A stretch of DNA of 61,945 nt, counting the filler. It is 7 parts of 7 records of this genome, joined end to end, with 100 filler letters (N's around TTAATTAATTAA, not from the genome) between each part and the next. Parts side by side here need not be neighbours in the genome. Positions count along the whole stretch, not along the records: positions 11,895 to 23,691 come from SRR31147125_15876; positions 23,792 to 41,558 come from SRR31147125_15897; 5 more parts are not named here. The stretch is one strand, 5' to 3'. Below, in pieces: positions 22,395 to 33,095 of the stretch; the first letter of the stretch is position 1, and every line of letters begins with the position of its first letter. The position numbers and the translations under genes were made by a program. A model generated the notes under the pieces. It was not told where the DNA came from. It saw only the letters and a list, made by a program, of their open reading frames with translations, and searched no databases.

Positions 22395-22722
22395 CTTTTA
22401 AAATTATAATATAATATATAATTTATATATATATAATATATATATCAAGTAATTTATATTAGTTATATTAGGGACTGTTGATATGTTGACAACTCTTATT
22501 ATTTATTACTAATTTAGTCTATCTTGTTATTAATCAATCTATATTTAAAAGCTCTTTATTCACAATGCGATGTTAATTGAGTGTGGAAAAAAGTTTATTA
22601 TTCCACAGATGTTTAAAATAAAAAGGGAAAATGTTGGGAAAAGGCAAGTTTTCAACAATCATTTTACACATTACCAATAGTTTTTCCCGGTTTATCCACA
22701 AGTTATCAATAGATGTTGATTA
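22395..22722. other. Chromosomal replication origin oriC
   Basis: DnaA boxes TTATCCACA 22692, TTATTCACA 22556, TGTGGAAAA 22582, TTTTCAACA 22649, TTTTACACA 22662; AT-rich unwinding region 22395-22470; lies between dnaA and dnaN. Confidence 0.9.
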
Positions 22723-22752
22723 TTTTAGTATAACTATTTTAAAAATATTAGA

Positions 22753-23691
22753 TTATAGTTGAGATATTTGTATCTTGTTCTTAATACTATCCACAATTTC
22801 TTTTATTTTAGAATCAGAACCCAACATCTTTTCAATAGAATTTATAGCATGTATAACAGTACTATGATCTCGTCCTCCAAAATGGAGTCCTATTGTTTTG
22901 AGTGAACTGTCGGTTAATAGTTTACACAAATACATAGATATCTGTCGTGCCTGAGCGATCTCTTTTTTACGTGTTTTGGCGCGAAGCATATCATCCGGGA
23001 AACCAAAATAATCAGCGGTTATTTTTTGAATATACTCTATGCTAATAGCCCTGGTTTTTTGGATACACACATCCTTTAATACTCTTTTTGCTAAATCAAG
23101 AGAAATATCTTCACCATTTAATGAAGAATAGGCCAATAGTCTAATTAATGCTCCCTCAAGTTCACGAATGTTGGATGTGATATGTGTTGCAACAAAATGA
23201 AAAATTTCTCCGGGTAATTCCAGTCCATTTTCATCTGCTTTTCTCTGTAAAATAGCCTGTCTTGTTTCAAAATCGGGAGATTGAATATCTACAACGAGTC
23301 CCCATTGAAATCTGGAGGTAAGCCGTTCTTCCATACCCTTTAATTCTTTGGGTGGCCGGTCTGATGACAAGACAATTTGTTTACCTTTTTGGTGTAAGGT
23401 ATTAAAGGTGTGGAAAAATTCTTCCTGAGTTCGTTCCTTGTTAGCGAAAAATTGTATATCATCAACCATTAACACGTCTACATTACGATAGATGCCACTA
23501 AACTCGGTAGATTTATTTTTTTGGATGGAATTAATAAATTCCATGGTAAATTTTTCACTATCAACATAAAGAACGCGAGTAGCATGAGTATTTTCTTTGG
23601 CATAATTGCCAATAGCTTGTAACAAATGTGTTTTCCCTAAACCAACACCTCCATATATGACCAATGGATTAAAAGTTGTTTTACCAGGTGA
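22753..23691 (-). CDS. dnaA: Replication initiator DnaA, 5' truncated
   Basis: GGVGLGKTHLL, DDIQF, QEEFFHTFN, SRFQWGL, GGRDHSTV. Confidence 0.98.
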   Translation of the reverse strand, partial: SPGKTTFNPLVIYGGVGLGKTHLLQAIGNYAKENTHATRVLYVDSEKFTMEFINSIQKNKSTEFSGIYRNVDVLMVDDIQFFANKERTQEEFFHTFNTLHQKGKQIVLSSDRPPKELKGMEERLTSRFQWGLVVDIQSPDFETRQAILQRKADENGLELPGEIFHFVATHITSNIRELEGALIRLLAYSSLNGEDISLDLAKRVLKDVCIQKTRAISIEYIQKITADYFGFPDDMLRAKTRKKEIAQARQISMYLCKLLTDSSLKTIGLHFGGRDHSTVIHAINSIEKMLGSDSKIKEIVDSIKNKIQISQL

Positions 23692-23792
23692 NNNNNNNNN
23701 NNNNNNNNNNNNNNNNNNNNNNNNNNNNNNNNNNNTTAATTAATTAANNNNNNNNNNNNNNNNNNNNNNNNNNNNNNNNNNNNNNNNNNNNA

Positions 23793-23906
23793 AAAAATCT
23801 TATTTGTTTTAATCCGATATTTTTCAAAGGGATGTCTCTTGATGAGATGATTGAATATATGAAATATGAAAACGAATCAATAAAAATCACAAAGATGTAT
23901 GTTTAA
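23793..23906 (+). CDS. 3' fragment of an unknown CDS
   Basis: Open frame from the contig start to TAA (KNLICFNPIFFKGMSLDEMIEYMK...). Confidence 0.4.
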   Translation, partial: KNLICFNPIFFKGMSLDEMIEYMKYENESIKITKMYV

Positions 23907-23923
23907 ATGTGAAGATTGGAAAA

Positions 23924-26383
23924 ATGATGAAAAAATTTATATTACTTATGATGTTATTCACTACATCTGTTTTATGGGCTGCTTGTCAGGATGCAAGTGT
24001 TGATCAAGATGGCTATCAAAAGTATACAATAAACTTTGAAACAAATGGTGGAACTTCTATTGAGAGTATCTCAATCGATGAAAATAATATATTTAGTCTT
24101 GATAGTATATCAACGACAAAGCAAGGCTATGTCTTTGATGGTTGGTATATCGATCAATCATTAGAAACGCTTTTTAATGAGCGTGTTATCCAAGATTTAA
24201 CATTATATGCGAAGTGGTTAGAGATATATACAATAACATGGACAGATGATGATGGCACTGTTATATCAACAAGTGAAGTTATTGAAGGAGACATACCTGT
24301 TTTTGAAGGTGAAACACCATCGAAAAACAGCGATGAAGATTATGCGTATGCATTTGATACATGGTCACCTCAAATTGCTATGGCATCAGAAGATCAAACA
24401 TATCAAGCAACATATACAAAAACAGCAATAGAAAAAGATAGTTTTGATTCTCAATCATTAAATGATATATTTGGTTTTGATATCTATAGTATGCTACCTG
24501 ATTTTGAAACAACTGATTATGTTTTAATTGATGATTCAGACGATGATATGTTTTGGGTATATCTTGATTTTTTTGATTGGACTGAAGATGACGCCTTTGA
24601 TTATATAGACTTATTAGATGAAACATTTGCATATGATGATACAGAAGATTCATATATTTTAGGTGACTATTATATCTATGTATATGAAGATGATGTGACA
24701 TATGATAGAGATATTGTTTATGGATTTTCAATTTATGGTGAAAAGGGTGAATCAATAGCATCATTTGATGATGCTATTGATGTATTAGAAAATATGTTAA
24801 GTCTAGACATGTTAAGTGAAGCATTCATCACGATGAATGATTTAGAAAACATATTGATAGAAGATGAAACTAATCAATATGTTATACATGCAGATTCAGA
24901 TATTTATAATAATGAAAATATCATTGATAGTTATTTAACAGCATTGGTAGCTCATGGGTGGGAAGAAGATCAGGTGTTATCAGCTGAGATACTTCAATCA
25001 GTTTATACATATCGTTTAAATGAAACAAAGACATTAGCGATTTATTTTGAAGTTGTTAGAGATGGATTTAGCTTATATGTATGGATAGAACAAACAAGTG
25101 TTTCTAGTGATGAAACGACGACACTATCTAATATCGAATCTATTTCAGATTATGAAAAAGAAGAACTTGGATTTTCAGGATTACCATCAACGGGTACTTA
25201 TCATGTATTAGTGATCCCTATAGAAATTAATGGATCAGATTTTCCTGCAAATTATCAATTACAACTTGATTTGGTATTCAATGGGTCAAGCGAGGATACA
25301 GGTTGGCAATCAGTCTCATCTTATTATCAAACATCTAGTTTTAACCAATTAAATATAACATTTGATATTCACGAAAAGTATGAAACAACATATGACGCAG
25401 CTTATTATGAAAACTATAGCGATGAAGGGGATCAGTATGCTATTTCTGAAGCCATGCTTGCACTAGATGATGATATAGATTTTTCGCCATATGACACCAA
25501 TGATGATGGCGCAATTGATTCAGTGATATTTGTTTACTCGTATGCATATGATTATGATACAAATCCTTGGTGGGCATGGGTTTATGATGCAGAGTATGGT
25601 GTAGCAGATGATATAGAAAATATTGATGGGGTTGATTTAGAGTATTATATGTGGGTAAGTTATCACTATTTAAATGATGAATTATCAGGGTTGCCCAATT
25701 TAGTGGTTAATGCAGAAACGTATATCCATGAAATGGGACATTTATTAGGTTTTCCTGATTTATATTCATCAACACATACCTATGATCCTGTTGGTGGATG
25801 GGATATGATGAGTTTCAATGTAGGAGATCATGGGCCGCTTAATAAATTATTATATGGTTGGCTTCAACCAGAACTTATGCTTTCTGGTCAATATGAAATA
25901 ACATTGGATTCATATAGTTTAGATGATGATGGACTAAATTCAGCAATCATTATTCCTTATCAAAGCGATGCATTTGATGATGGTGATGCATATGATGAGT
26001 TTTTAATCATTATGTTTTACACACCAGATGGTTTATATGAAGGACACATGGGCACGAGTATTAGTCTTGATCAACCAGGTGTTGTGATTTATCATGCAAA
26101 CGCATCATTAAGCGATTTTACATATTATTGGGGCATTACATTTGAATATAATAACGATGGTTCAAGTGAATTGTTTTTAGAAATTCTTGAAGCAGATGAA
26201 AATGACTCACTGCCTAGTGATCATCAAAGCATCACCATGTCTGATGTATTGACAAGTGGTACACTTGATTTAAGTCAATCGTATCAGTGGCATGATGGAA
26301 CTGATATTGATGTTATCATAGAAGTTGCAAGTATAATAACAAATAACAGTGAAGAAGTGACATTATTGTTAGACGTATCTTAA
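23924..26383 (+). CDS. M6 family metalloprotease lipoprotein with an InlB B-repeat
   Basis: Lipobox WAAC; FETNGG..GYVFDGWY..LYAKW repeat; HEMGHLLGFPDLY zinc motif; WDMM Met-turn. Confidence 0.85.
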   Translation: MMKKFILLMMLFTTSVLWAACQDASVDQDGYQKYTINFETNGGTSIESISIDENNIFSLDSISTTKQGYVFDGWYIDQSLETLFNERVIQDLTLYAKWLEIYTITWTDDDGTVISTSEVIEGDIPVFEGETPSKNSDEDYAYAFDTWSPQIAMASEDQTYQATYTKTAIEKDSFDSQSLNDIFGFDIYSMLPDFETTDYVLIDDSDDDMFWVYLDFFDWTEDDAFDYIDLLDETFAYDDTEDSYILGDYYIYVYEDDVTYDRDIVYGFSIYGEKGESIASFDDAIDVLENMLSLDMLSEAFITMNDLENILIEDETNQYVIHADSDIYNNENIIDSYLTALVAHGWEEDQVLSAEILQSVYTYRLNETKTLAIYFEVVRDGFSLYVWIEQTSVSSDETTTLSNIESISDYEKEELGFSGLPSTGTYHVLVIPIEINGSDFPANYQLQLDLVFNGSSEDTGWQSVSSYYQTSSFNQLNITFDIHEKYETTYDAAYYENYSDEGDQYAISEAMLALDDDIDFSPYDTNDDGAIDSVIFVYSYAYDYDTNPWWAWVYDAEYGVADDIENIDGVDLEYYMWVSYHYLNDELSGLPNLVVNAETYIHEMGHLLGFPDLYSSTHTYDPVGGWDMMSFNVGDHGPLNKLLYGWLQPELMLSGQYEITLDSYSLDDDGLNSAIIIPYQSDAFDDGDAYDEFLIIMFYTPDGLYEGHMGTSISLDQPGVVIYHANASLSDFTYYWGITFEYNNDGSSELFLEILEADENDSLPSDHQSITMSDVLTSGTLDLSQSYQWHDGTDIDVIIEVASIITNNSEEVTLLLDVS

Positions 26384-26387
26384 TAGA

Positions 26388-26416
26388 AAAAGGGTAGCAC
26401 ATCGTGCTACCCTTTA
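26388..26416. terminator. Bidirectional intrinsic terminator
   Basis: AAAAGGGTAGCAC-ATC-GTGCTACCCTTTT between convergent genes. Confidence 0.85.
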
Positions 26417-27096
26417 TTGTTTCTCATAGATTTTAATGTTAATTTAATGGTATCTGAAACTCTAAATGATTCTATTGCTTTTTGTATGGTCTTTTTATAA
26501 GTCCATTTATCTAATTGATTATCTTTCATATAAGCCATTCCTTTATCTGGATATTTTGCAAGAATTGTGGCAAAAGCCCAGGCAACACCCATTTTTGCAT
26601 AATAAGCATCTAATGCTTGTTGATCTAATATATTAATGACCTTATCAATATAATCATCAACTAGAAAATGGCATAAAAACATGACAGATACAATGCGTTG
26701 TTCAAACTCTTTTGTTGAATTGAAATAGGGTTCTAGAAACTGATAGACTTTTTCACGATGATTCCTTGCTTGTTTAAAATATGAACAAAGGGTATCATTA
26801 ACTGCCCATCCATCGACATAAGGGATAAATTTTTTAAAATAAGATAAAGCAATATCAATATTTTTTATTTTCGCAATCACCATAGCTTGGAGTTGTTTTA
26901 ACTCATAACAACTAAAATCATTGGTATCTAAGAATGAATAAGGATCATCTTGTTCAATTTGTTTTGCGATGTCTTTGATTTGTGGCATGGTTAGACCATA
27001 AATGAAGTTAACGCCAGGATTAAGTTTTTCATCAAATGCTCTACGTTTTGGATTTTCTAAGCGTTTAATAAGTGTTTTAATATGTTCGAGTGTCAT
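26407..27096 (-). CDS. DNA alkylation repair protein (AlkD-like)
   Basis: GLTMPQIK, VDGWAVND, YYAKMGVAW, QKAIESFR. Confidence 0.85.
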   Translation of the reverse strand: MTLEHIKTLIKRLENPKRRAFDEKLNPGVNFIYGLTMPQIKDIAKQIEQDDPYSFLDTNDFSCYELKQLQAMVIAKIKNIDIALSYFKKFIPYVDGWAVNDTLCSYFKQARNHREKVYQFLEPYFNSTKEFEQRIVSVMFLCHFLVDDYIDKVINILDQQALDAYYAKMGVAWAFATILAKYPDKGMAYMKDNQLDKWTYKKTIQKAIESFRVSDTIKLTLKSMRNNKG

Positions 27097-27204
27097 TAGT
27101 AACTCCTTAAGGTATTTAAGATATATTTTTGTAAATAAGATTTATCTTTGTATAGTTTCATGATAGACTATATATGACATTAAATCAAATTAAAGGAGAC
27201 AATC

Positions 27205-28154
27205 ATGGCTGATTTTTTTCTGCATTGTCAGATGATTGAAGATTTGTATAAAAAAATCCATCATATCAACACATTGCCTATGCAAAAATAGGGACACAAG
27301 GACCAGATCCATATTTTAATGTATTGAAAAAAGCATATAAAGAAGGTAATCGATTAGGAAATAAACTCCACCATTACCATATTAATCAATCACTTATCAC
27401 GATGACAAATTATGTTAAAGCACATTATTCCGATGAATTGATGGCGTATTATCGAGGATATTTAGCACATTATGCTCTAGATACGCATATTCATCCATAT
27501 ATATTTTATTTAACAGGTGAATACGATAAAACGCGCATAGAGACGCATCACTATTTCGGATATCATATGCGATTTGAAAGAAGTATTGATGTTGCATATA
27601 TTCAAAAAAGATATCAAAAAAACGCATCAAAATTTCATGATTATAAACGCGTGTTTCCATTAACAGATGTACCACAAGAGATTAAAGACATGATGACACA
27701 TGTAACAAAAGAAGTATTTGATGTAGATCAAGGTGGTATGTATTTTGAAAATGGGTATCACACGATGCGTTTATTATCAAAGACTTTAATTAAAGACCGC
27801 TTAGGTATAAAAAAAGTGTTTTTAAAATTTGTAGGACTGTTTTTGAAATTATCCATGTTGTATGTGCATGATTATCCATATACAACAAAACCAAATGCTT
27901 ATGATTTTTTAAATGATAAGCATCAAACATGGCATCATCCAGTCACAAATGAAGCGTTTAATTTATCAGTTGACCAAATTTATGATCAAGCATATAAAAG
28001 ATTAGAATATTTCATTCAATCAACGAATGCTTATATTTTAGATGATAAGGATATTGATTTAAGCGAAGTGTTTGCGAATCAATCTTATGACACAGGACTT
28101 GATATTGACACACAAGGTGTTATGCAGTATTTTAAACTCTATACTAAACAATAA
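27205..28154 (+). CDS. Zinc-dependent phospholipase C family protein, with a frameshift near 27250-27290
   Basis: AAGGAG + ATG at 27205 (MADFFLH); GTQGPDP in the second frame; GYLAHYALDTHIHPYI; H..FE..ID. Confidence 0.75.
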
Positions 28155-28161
28155 AAAAAGA

Positions 28162-29493
28162 TCATACTTCCATATGGAGGTATGATCTTTTTAAATATGT
28201 CATTTTATTAAATGATATTTTTTCTTCTAGTTCTTGATTTACTTCTTTTTGTTCATCAGGATGGACAAAGATAAGTAAACAAACACTAATTAATAGAGGT
28301 AAGAGTAATGTGACAACTGCGATATTTATACCATATAATGCCCCCACTAAGCCAATTAAGAATGGACTAAAAATACCACTAAATCGACCGAAGACGCTAA
28401 AGAACCCAAAAAACTCATTTGCTTTTTCTTTTGGTAACATTTTCGCAAAATAAGATCTTGAAATACCTTGAATACCACCTTGTGCACTACCTACTAATAT
28501 ACCAACTATCCACATGAGATAAGTCGTATTTTCAGTAATGAAAGACGCGACAACAACAGTAATTGCATAAACAGCAATTCCATAATAAATCATTGTTTTA
28601 CTACCGTATTTATCAGCCATGCGTCCATAGAGAATAGCACTAGGAAAAGCAATAAGCTGTACAAGTACAACAACGCCTAATAATACAGGATCACCAACAC
28701 CTAATTCTGAACCAATGGTTGTTGCAAGTCTAATGACTGTATTAACTACATCGTTATATAAAAGGAATGCAATTAAGAAAATAAAGATGTTTCTAAATTT
28801 TCTGATATGATTAAATGTAACCGCAAGGTTTTTAAATGCATCTCTAATTGGTGTATCAGATTTTTCTACCACATAAGTTTGTTCAACATCTTTTAATAAA
28901 GGTATTGAATAAACAAACCACCAAATAAGAGAGATGACAAATGCAAATGCAACACTCAAGTATTGATAAGATTCATCTAAAATACCAAAAGATACAAGTG
29001 CAAATGGAATGATTGCGACTGCGAAAGGTATCATAGATCCAATATAACCCCAAGCATAACCACTTGAACTGACATTATCCATGCGCTCTTCAGTTGTAAC
29101 ATCCATTAAAAATGCATCATAGATCACATTTGACAATGAATATCCAATACTTGAAATAGCAAAGAATGCAAGTAGAGCAATCATTTCAAATCCGGGAATA
29201 ATTAATCCAAATCCACCTACTATACCAATACCAAGGAAAAGTTTAAAGAATTTCATCTTATTTCCTTTATAATTGACTAATGATCCAATGACGGGTGATA
29301 ATAAAGCAACAATTAGAGCAATACCTGCAGTTACAAATGAATAGATAGTTGTACGATTATCATTATCAGCAGCAACAGCTTGATAATAAATCGGGAATAA
29401 TACAGTTACAACCGTCAATATGTATGCAGAGTTAGCAATATCATATAATATCCAACTACGCTCATTTTTAGTAAAACCTTTTAATTTAAACAT
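28162..29493 (-). CDS. MFS transporter (UMF1/Atg22-like)
   Basis: WILYDIANSAY, YDAFL..V, GYAWGYIG, SRSYFAK..FFGFF; 12-TM pattern. Confidence 0.88.
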   Translation of the reverse strand: MFKLKGFTKNERSWILYDIANSAYILTVVTVLFPIYYQAVAADNDNRTTIYSFVTAGIALIVALLSPVIGSLVNYKGNKMKFFKLFLGIGIVGGFGLIIPGFEMIALLAFFAISSIGYSLSNVIYDAFLMDVTTEERMDNVSSSGYAWGYIGSMIPFAVAIIPFALVSFGILDESYQYLSVAFAFVISLIWWFVYSIPLLKDVEQTYVVEKSDTPIRDAFKNLAVTFNHIRKFRNIFIFLIAFLLYNDVVNTVIRLATTIGSELGVGDPVLLGVVVLVQLIAFPSAILYGRMADKYGSKTMIYYGIAVYAITVVVASFITENTTYLMWIVGILVGSAQGGIQGISRSYFAKMLPKEKANEFFGFFSVFGRFSGIFSPFLIGLVGALYGINIAVVTLLLPLLISVCLLIFVHPDEQKEVNQELEEKISFNKMTYLKRSYLHMEV

Positions 29494-29610
29494 ATAGGCC
29501 TCTTTTCAGTTTAGTATGTACTACTTATGATTATATAGAATATATGAATCATTTATTTTGTTATTTACATGCTTTTTACACTATAATAAACATATAAGGA
29601 TGTGGTGTTT

Positions 29611-30309
29611 ATGTGTGGTAGATTTACGCTTGCAATATCAGCAAAACAATTATCTTCATATGTGATGGAAAAATATAAGATTGATCAACTCATGGATGAT
29701 GATTTTAAACCAAAATTTAATATTGCTCCAACGAGCCAAGTTATTTCTATTATACATGATTCAAAGAAATATCGTATGGGGACACTTAAATGGGGATTTG
29801 TTCCAAGTTTTTCTAAAGATGAGAAGAGTTTTCAAATGATTAATGCTAAAGCAGAAACATTATTTGATAAACCATCGTTTAAACAAGCAGCATTAAAACA
29901 AAGATGTGTTATTTTAGCAGATAGTTTTTATGAATGGGATAAGGCGAATAAAGATGAACCACCAAGACGTATTTTAACAACAGATCAGAAAGTGTTTGCA
30001 ATGGCAGGCATTTGGAATACGTTTGTTAAAGATGATGGTACTAAAGTGCATACGGTTGCTATTGTGACAACAAAAGCAAATGAAATGATGGAAACTATTC
30101 ATGATCGCATGCCTGTGATTTTAACAAAAAAAGGTGAAGATATCTGGTTGAATCCATTGATACAAGATAAAAAACAATTAGAGCAAGTATTAATACCTTA
30201 TCAAAAAGATAAAATGCGTATGTATAAAGTATCAAAAAAAGTTAATAAACCATCTTTTGATGAAGAAGAAGCGATTATTGAACTTATTGATGATGAAACA
30301 TTATTTTAA
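29611..30309 (+). CDS. SOS response-associated peptidase (SRAP/YedK/HMCES family)
   Basis: N-terminal MCGRF, NIAPT, INAKAET, FYEW, IHDRMPVIL. Confidence 0.93.
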   Translation: MCGRFTLAISAKQLSSYVMEKYKIDQLMDDDFKPKFNIAPTSQVISIIHDSKKYRMGTLKWGFVPSFSKDEKSFQMINAKAETLFDKPSFKQAALKQRCVILADSFYEWDKANKDEPPRRILTTDQKVFAMAGIWNTFVKDDGTKVHTVAIVTTKANEMMETIHDRMPVILTKKGEDIWLNPLIQDKKQLEQVLIPYQKDKMRMYKVSKKVNKPSFDEEEAIIELIDDETLF

Positions 30310-30313
30310 AGAT

Positions 30314-30339
30314 AACCGGTGCTAAGTTTAGCACCGGTT
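30314..30339. terminator. Intrinsic terminator between convergent genes
   Basis: AACCGGTGCTAA-GT-TTAGCACCGGTT. Confidence 0.8.
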
Positions 30340-30348
30340 TATTATATA

Positions 30349-31164
30349 TTAAGCAGGTATAACTGTCCCATCATATGTTTCTGTAATGAAGTCTTTAATC
30401 TCATCAGAAGTTAAAACATCAATTAAAGCTTGTATTTTAGGGAGTGTTTTTCTTCCATCTAATACAGCGAGGACATTCACATAAGGGTTGTTATCTGGCG
30501 ATTCTAAGAGAAGTGCATCATCTAGTGGATTAAGTCCACCTGATAATGCAAAGTTTCCATTGATAAAGACTAAATCACCTTGATCATTGTTGTATGCACT
30601 AAAGAGTAGTTCAGGATTGATTTGTTCAAAGTTTAAGTTTTTAGGATTCGTTGCAATGTCTTCAAGTGTTGCGGTTAATGTATCAACACCATCTTTTAAT
30701 GTGATGAGTCCTTGAGTTGCAAGGACTGACAAAAATCTTCCATGATCGGATGTTGAATTACTGATAATGACAGTTGCATCATTTGGAACATCAGATATAG
30801 ATGTATAGCGTTTTGAATATAAGCCAAGGGGTTCTATGTGGATATTTGCAACATTTAATAACTGACTATCTTCATCTGCGCTTTCGTTGTATTGATTAAG
30901 ATATGGGATATGTTGGAAGAAGTTAGCATCTGCTGAACCATTGGCAACCGCTGGATTAGGGGTTGTATAATCACTAACAACTGTAACATCAAGTGTGTAG
31001 CCAAGGTCTTCTAAATAAGGTCTTGCTTCTTCAAGTATTTCAGCATGTGGTACTGCGGTTGCAACCACGTATATTGTTGTTTCATCATCAATATCATTTT
31101 TTGCACATGATATGAGTGTTATTGATGTAATAAATAGTGTGAATATAAATAATATTTTTTTCAT
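30349..31164 (-). CDS. metQ: Methionine ABC transporter substrate-binding lipoprotein
   Basis: Own signal peptide MKKILF..LISC; VPHAEIL, DANFFQHIPYL, HIEPLGLYS, NPYVN. Confidence 0.88.
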   Translation of the reverse strand: MKKILFIFTLFITSITLISCAKNDIDDETTIYVVATAVPHAEILEEARPYLEDLGYTLDVTVVSDYTTPNPAVANGSADANFFQHIPYLNQYNESADEDSQLLNVANIHIEPLGLYSKRYTSISDVPNDATVIISNSTSDHGRFLSVLATQGLITLKDGVDTLTATLEDIATNPKNLNFEQINPELLFSAYNNDQGDLVFINGNFALSGGLNPLDDALLLESPDNNPYVNVLAVLDGRKTLPKIQALIDVLTSDEIKDFITETYDGTVIPA

Positions 31165-31178
31165 TTTAGTTTTCTCTT

Positions 31179-31845
31179 TTCTATGTATGTTTAATTTTTT
31201 TAATACGATATCAGATGCGATTTGTATAACAAATACAATCCCTAGTATAATGGCTACAGATACATATCCTGCAAGTTGCTTTTCAGAACCATTATGAATT
31301 AAGAATATAACTGCTTGATCACTTAAACCACCACCACCGATTGCGTTTGCTGCAGATACAAAGCCGATCAGTGTAATAAGAGTGACTGTAAATCCTGATA
31401 GAAGTGAGGGTAGTGCTTCACGTAGTAGTGTGAAAGTGATTTTTAATTTTGATGCACCAAGTGCAACAAGTGCTTCACTTTTACCTTTTGGGATATCATA
31501 TAAACTGTTTGCTACAATACGTGCATAAAAAGGTGTAGCACTTATGATAAGTGGTGGGAGTGCACCATTAGCACCAAGCATTTGTCCGTCTGTGATGATG
31601 AGTGTGACTGGAATCATAATTACAATTAAGATGACAAATGGCACGGAACGGAATATATTAACAATCCCTGATAATACTTGATGACATATGTGTAAGTATT
31701 TGTTTTGTGTTTGTGATTGACTTGTAAAGAATAATGAAAATCCTATGATAAGGCCAAAAACTAATATAAATAATGCGCTAATTGCAATCATATATAGTGT
31801 TTCAATAAGCCCTTCTTTAATGAGTTCAATATCATATGCGTTCAT
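31179..31845 (-). CDS. metI: Methionine ABC transporter permease (stop probably lost through a 1-nt indel)
   Basis: ETLYM, NIFRSVPFVIL, PFYARIV, EALVALGAS, EALPSL, AIGGGGL. Confidence 0.85.
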
Positions 31846-32812
31846 ATAAAGATACCTCGATACCTTGAGATTGAATAAATCTAATTGCTTGATTAATGTC
31901 TTTTCCTTGGATGCTTATATATAAGTATCCAATATGATGATCAACAATATCAAGCACATGAGCATGTAAAATGCTTATGTCGACTTGATATGTCTTAATC
32001 GCTTCGCTTAATACAGATTGATCTTGTGCATCTTTTTGATAGATGAGTTCGTAGATGTTTTCTGGTTTATGCTCTAAATGTAGTGTTTGTTTTACAAGTG
32101 ATTTTGTGACAGGATGCTGTGGATGCATAAAAAGTTCTAATATAGGATTTTCTTCAACGATTTGACCTTGATCCATCACAACCACGCGGTCACAGATTTG
32201 TTTGATTGCTTCGATTTGATGCGTGATCAGTATAATGGTCACATGCGTTTTTCTTTGTATGTTTTTAAGTAAATCAAGTATGTCATAAGATGTTGAAACA
32301 TCAAGAGCAGAAGTCGCTTCATCACATAGTAAATACTTTGGCTTGTTAGCAAGTGCTCTTGCGATTGCGACCCGTTGTTTTTGACCACCTGATAATTGTG
32401 AAGGATATGCATCTTTTTTGTCTTGCAAACCGACAAGTTCTAAAAGTTCTAAAATACGTGCATGTTGATCAGGTATTGTTTTTGAAATAGAAAGTGCTAG
32501 TTTGATATTTTGATATACAGTAAGCTGATCAAATAAATTAAAATCTTGAAAAATCATGCCGATTTGCTGACGCATTCGATTCAATGCCTTCGCTTTCAAT
32601 CTCAAAATATGGGTACCGTCAATGATGATATCACCTGATGTAGGTGTGATTAGTTTATTCATCAGTCTAATGAGTGTTGATTTACCTGCGCCACTATAAC
32701 CGACAATACCTAATATTTCACCATCATGAATCGTAAGATTAATATCTTTTAAAGCGTGAAGTTCTTTTTGATATGATTTAAATGTTTTATTGATGTTTAC
32801 TAATTGTATCAT
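31832..32812 (-). CDS. metN: Methionine ABC transporter ATP-binding protein
   Basis: GYSGAGKST, LSGGQKQR, LLCDEATSALD; C-terminal NIL-like domain. Confidence 0.92.
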   Translation of the reverse strand: MIQLVNINKTFKSYQKELHALKDINLTIHDGEILGIVGYSGAGKSTLIRLMNKLITPTSGDIIIDGTHILRLKAKALNRMRQQIGMIFQDFNLFDQLTVYQNIKLALSISKTIPDQHARILELLELVGLQDKKDAYPSQLSGGQKQRVAIARALANKPKYLLCDEATSALDVSTSYDILDLLKNIQRKTHVTIILITHQIEAIKQICDRVVVMDQGQIVEENPILELFMHPQHPVTKSLVKQTLHLEHKPENIYELIYQKDAQDQSVLSEAIKTYQVDISILHAHVLDIVDHHIGYLYISIQGKDINQAIRFIQSQGIEVSLYERI

Positions 32813-32832
32813 GCTGTAATCTCCCGATATAT

Positions 32833-32863
32833 AAAAAAGTAGCCTTATCAGCGATAAGGCTAC
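32833..32863 (-). terminator. Riboswitch expression-platform terminator
   Basis: Minus strand GTAGCCTTATC-GCT-GATAAGGCTAC-TTTTTT upstream of metN. Confidence 0.88.
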
Positions 32864-32883
32864 GTGAATAACTAAGCATATAT

Positions 32884-32967
32884 CTTATCGCTTATAGCAT
32901 TACCACCTTGCACATGAGCAGGTTGGTAGACGATCATAGAGCTATATCTCTCCCGTCTTCTTGATAA
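32884..32967 (-). ncRNA. SAM-I (S-box) riboswitch, P4-less variant
   Basis: P1 TTATC/GATAA, J1/2 AAGA, P2 AGACG/CGTCT with kink-turn, P3 ACCAACC/GGTGGT, pseudoknot ATAGC/GCTAT; lies upstream of metNIQ. Confidence 0.88.
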
Positions 32968-32983
32968 TTTTTAATTTGTAAGT

Positions 32984-33012
32984 ATTGTAACACCCATTTT
33001 TAAATCTGTAAA
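32984..33012 (-). promoter_or_regulatory. Sigma70/SigA promoter of the met operon
   Basis: TTTACA-17 bp-TACAAT. Confidence 0.7.
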
Positions 33013-33095
33013 GTCTTTTGGTATATTTTATTTATTTCATATGTTTAATGATCATGAAAATGATAAAATAATAGTAAACATAGGGAGGTAAAAAT

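Noticed and set aside
30349-31845. Apparent MetI-MetQ fusion (498 aa)
   Set aside because: MetQ retains its own signal peptide and lipobox. One extra A in the A7 run (31195-31201) gives MetI a natural end (KKIKHT-stop), so this is likely a homopolymer error.
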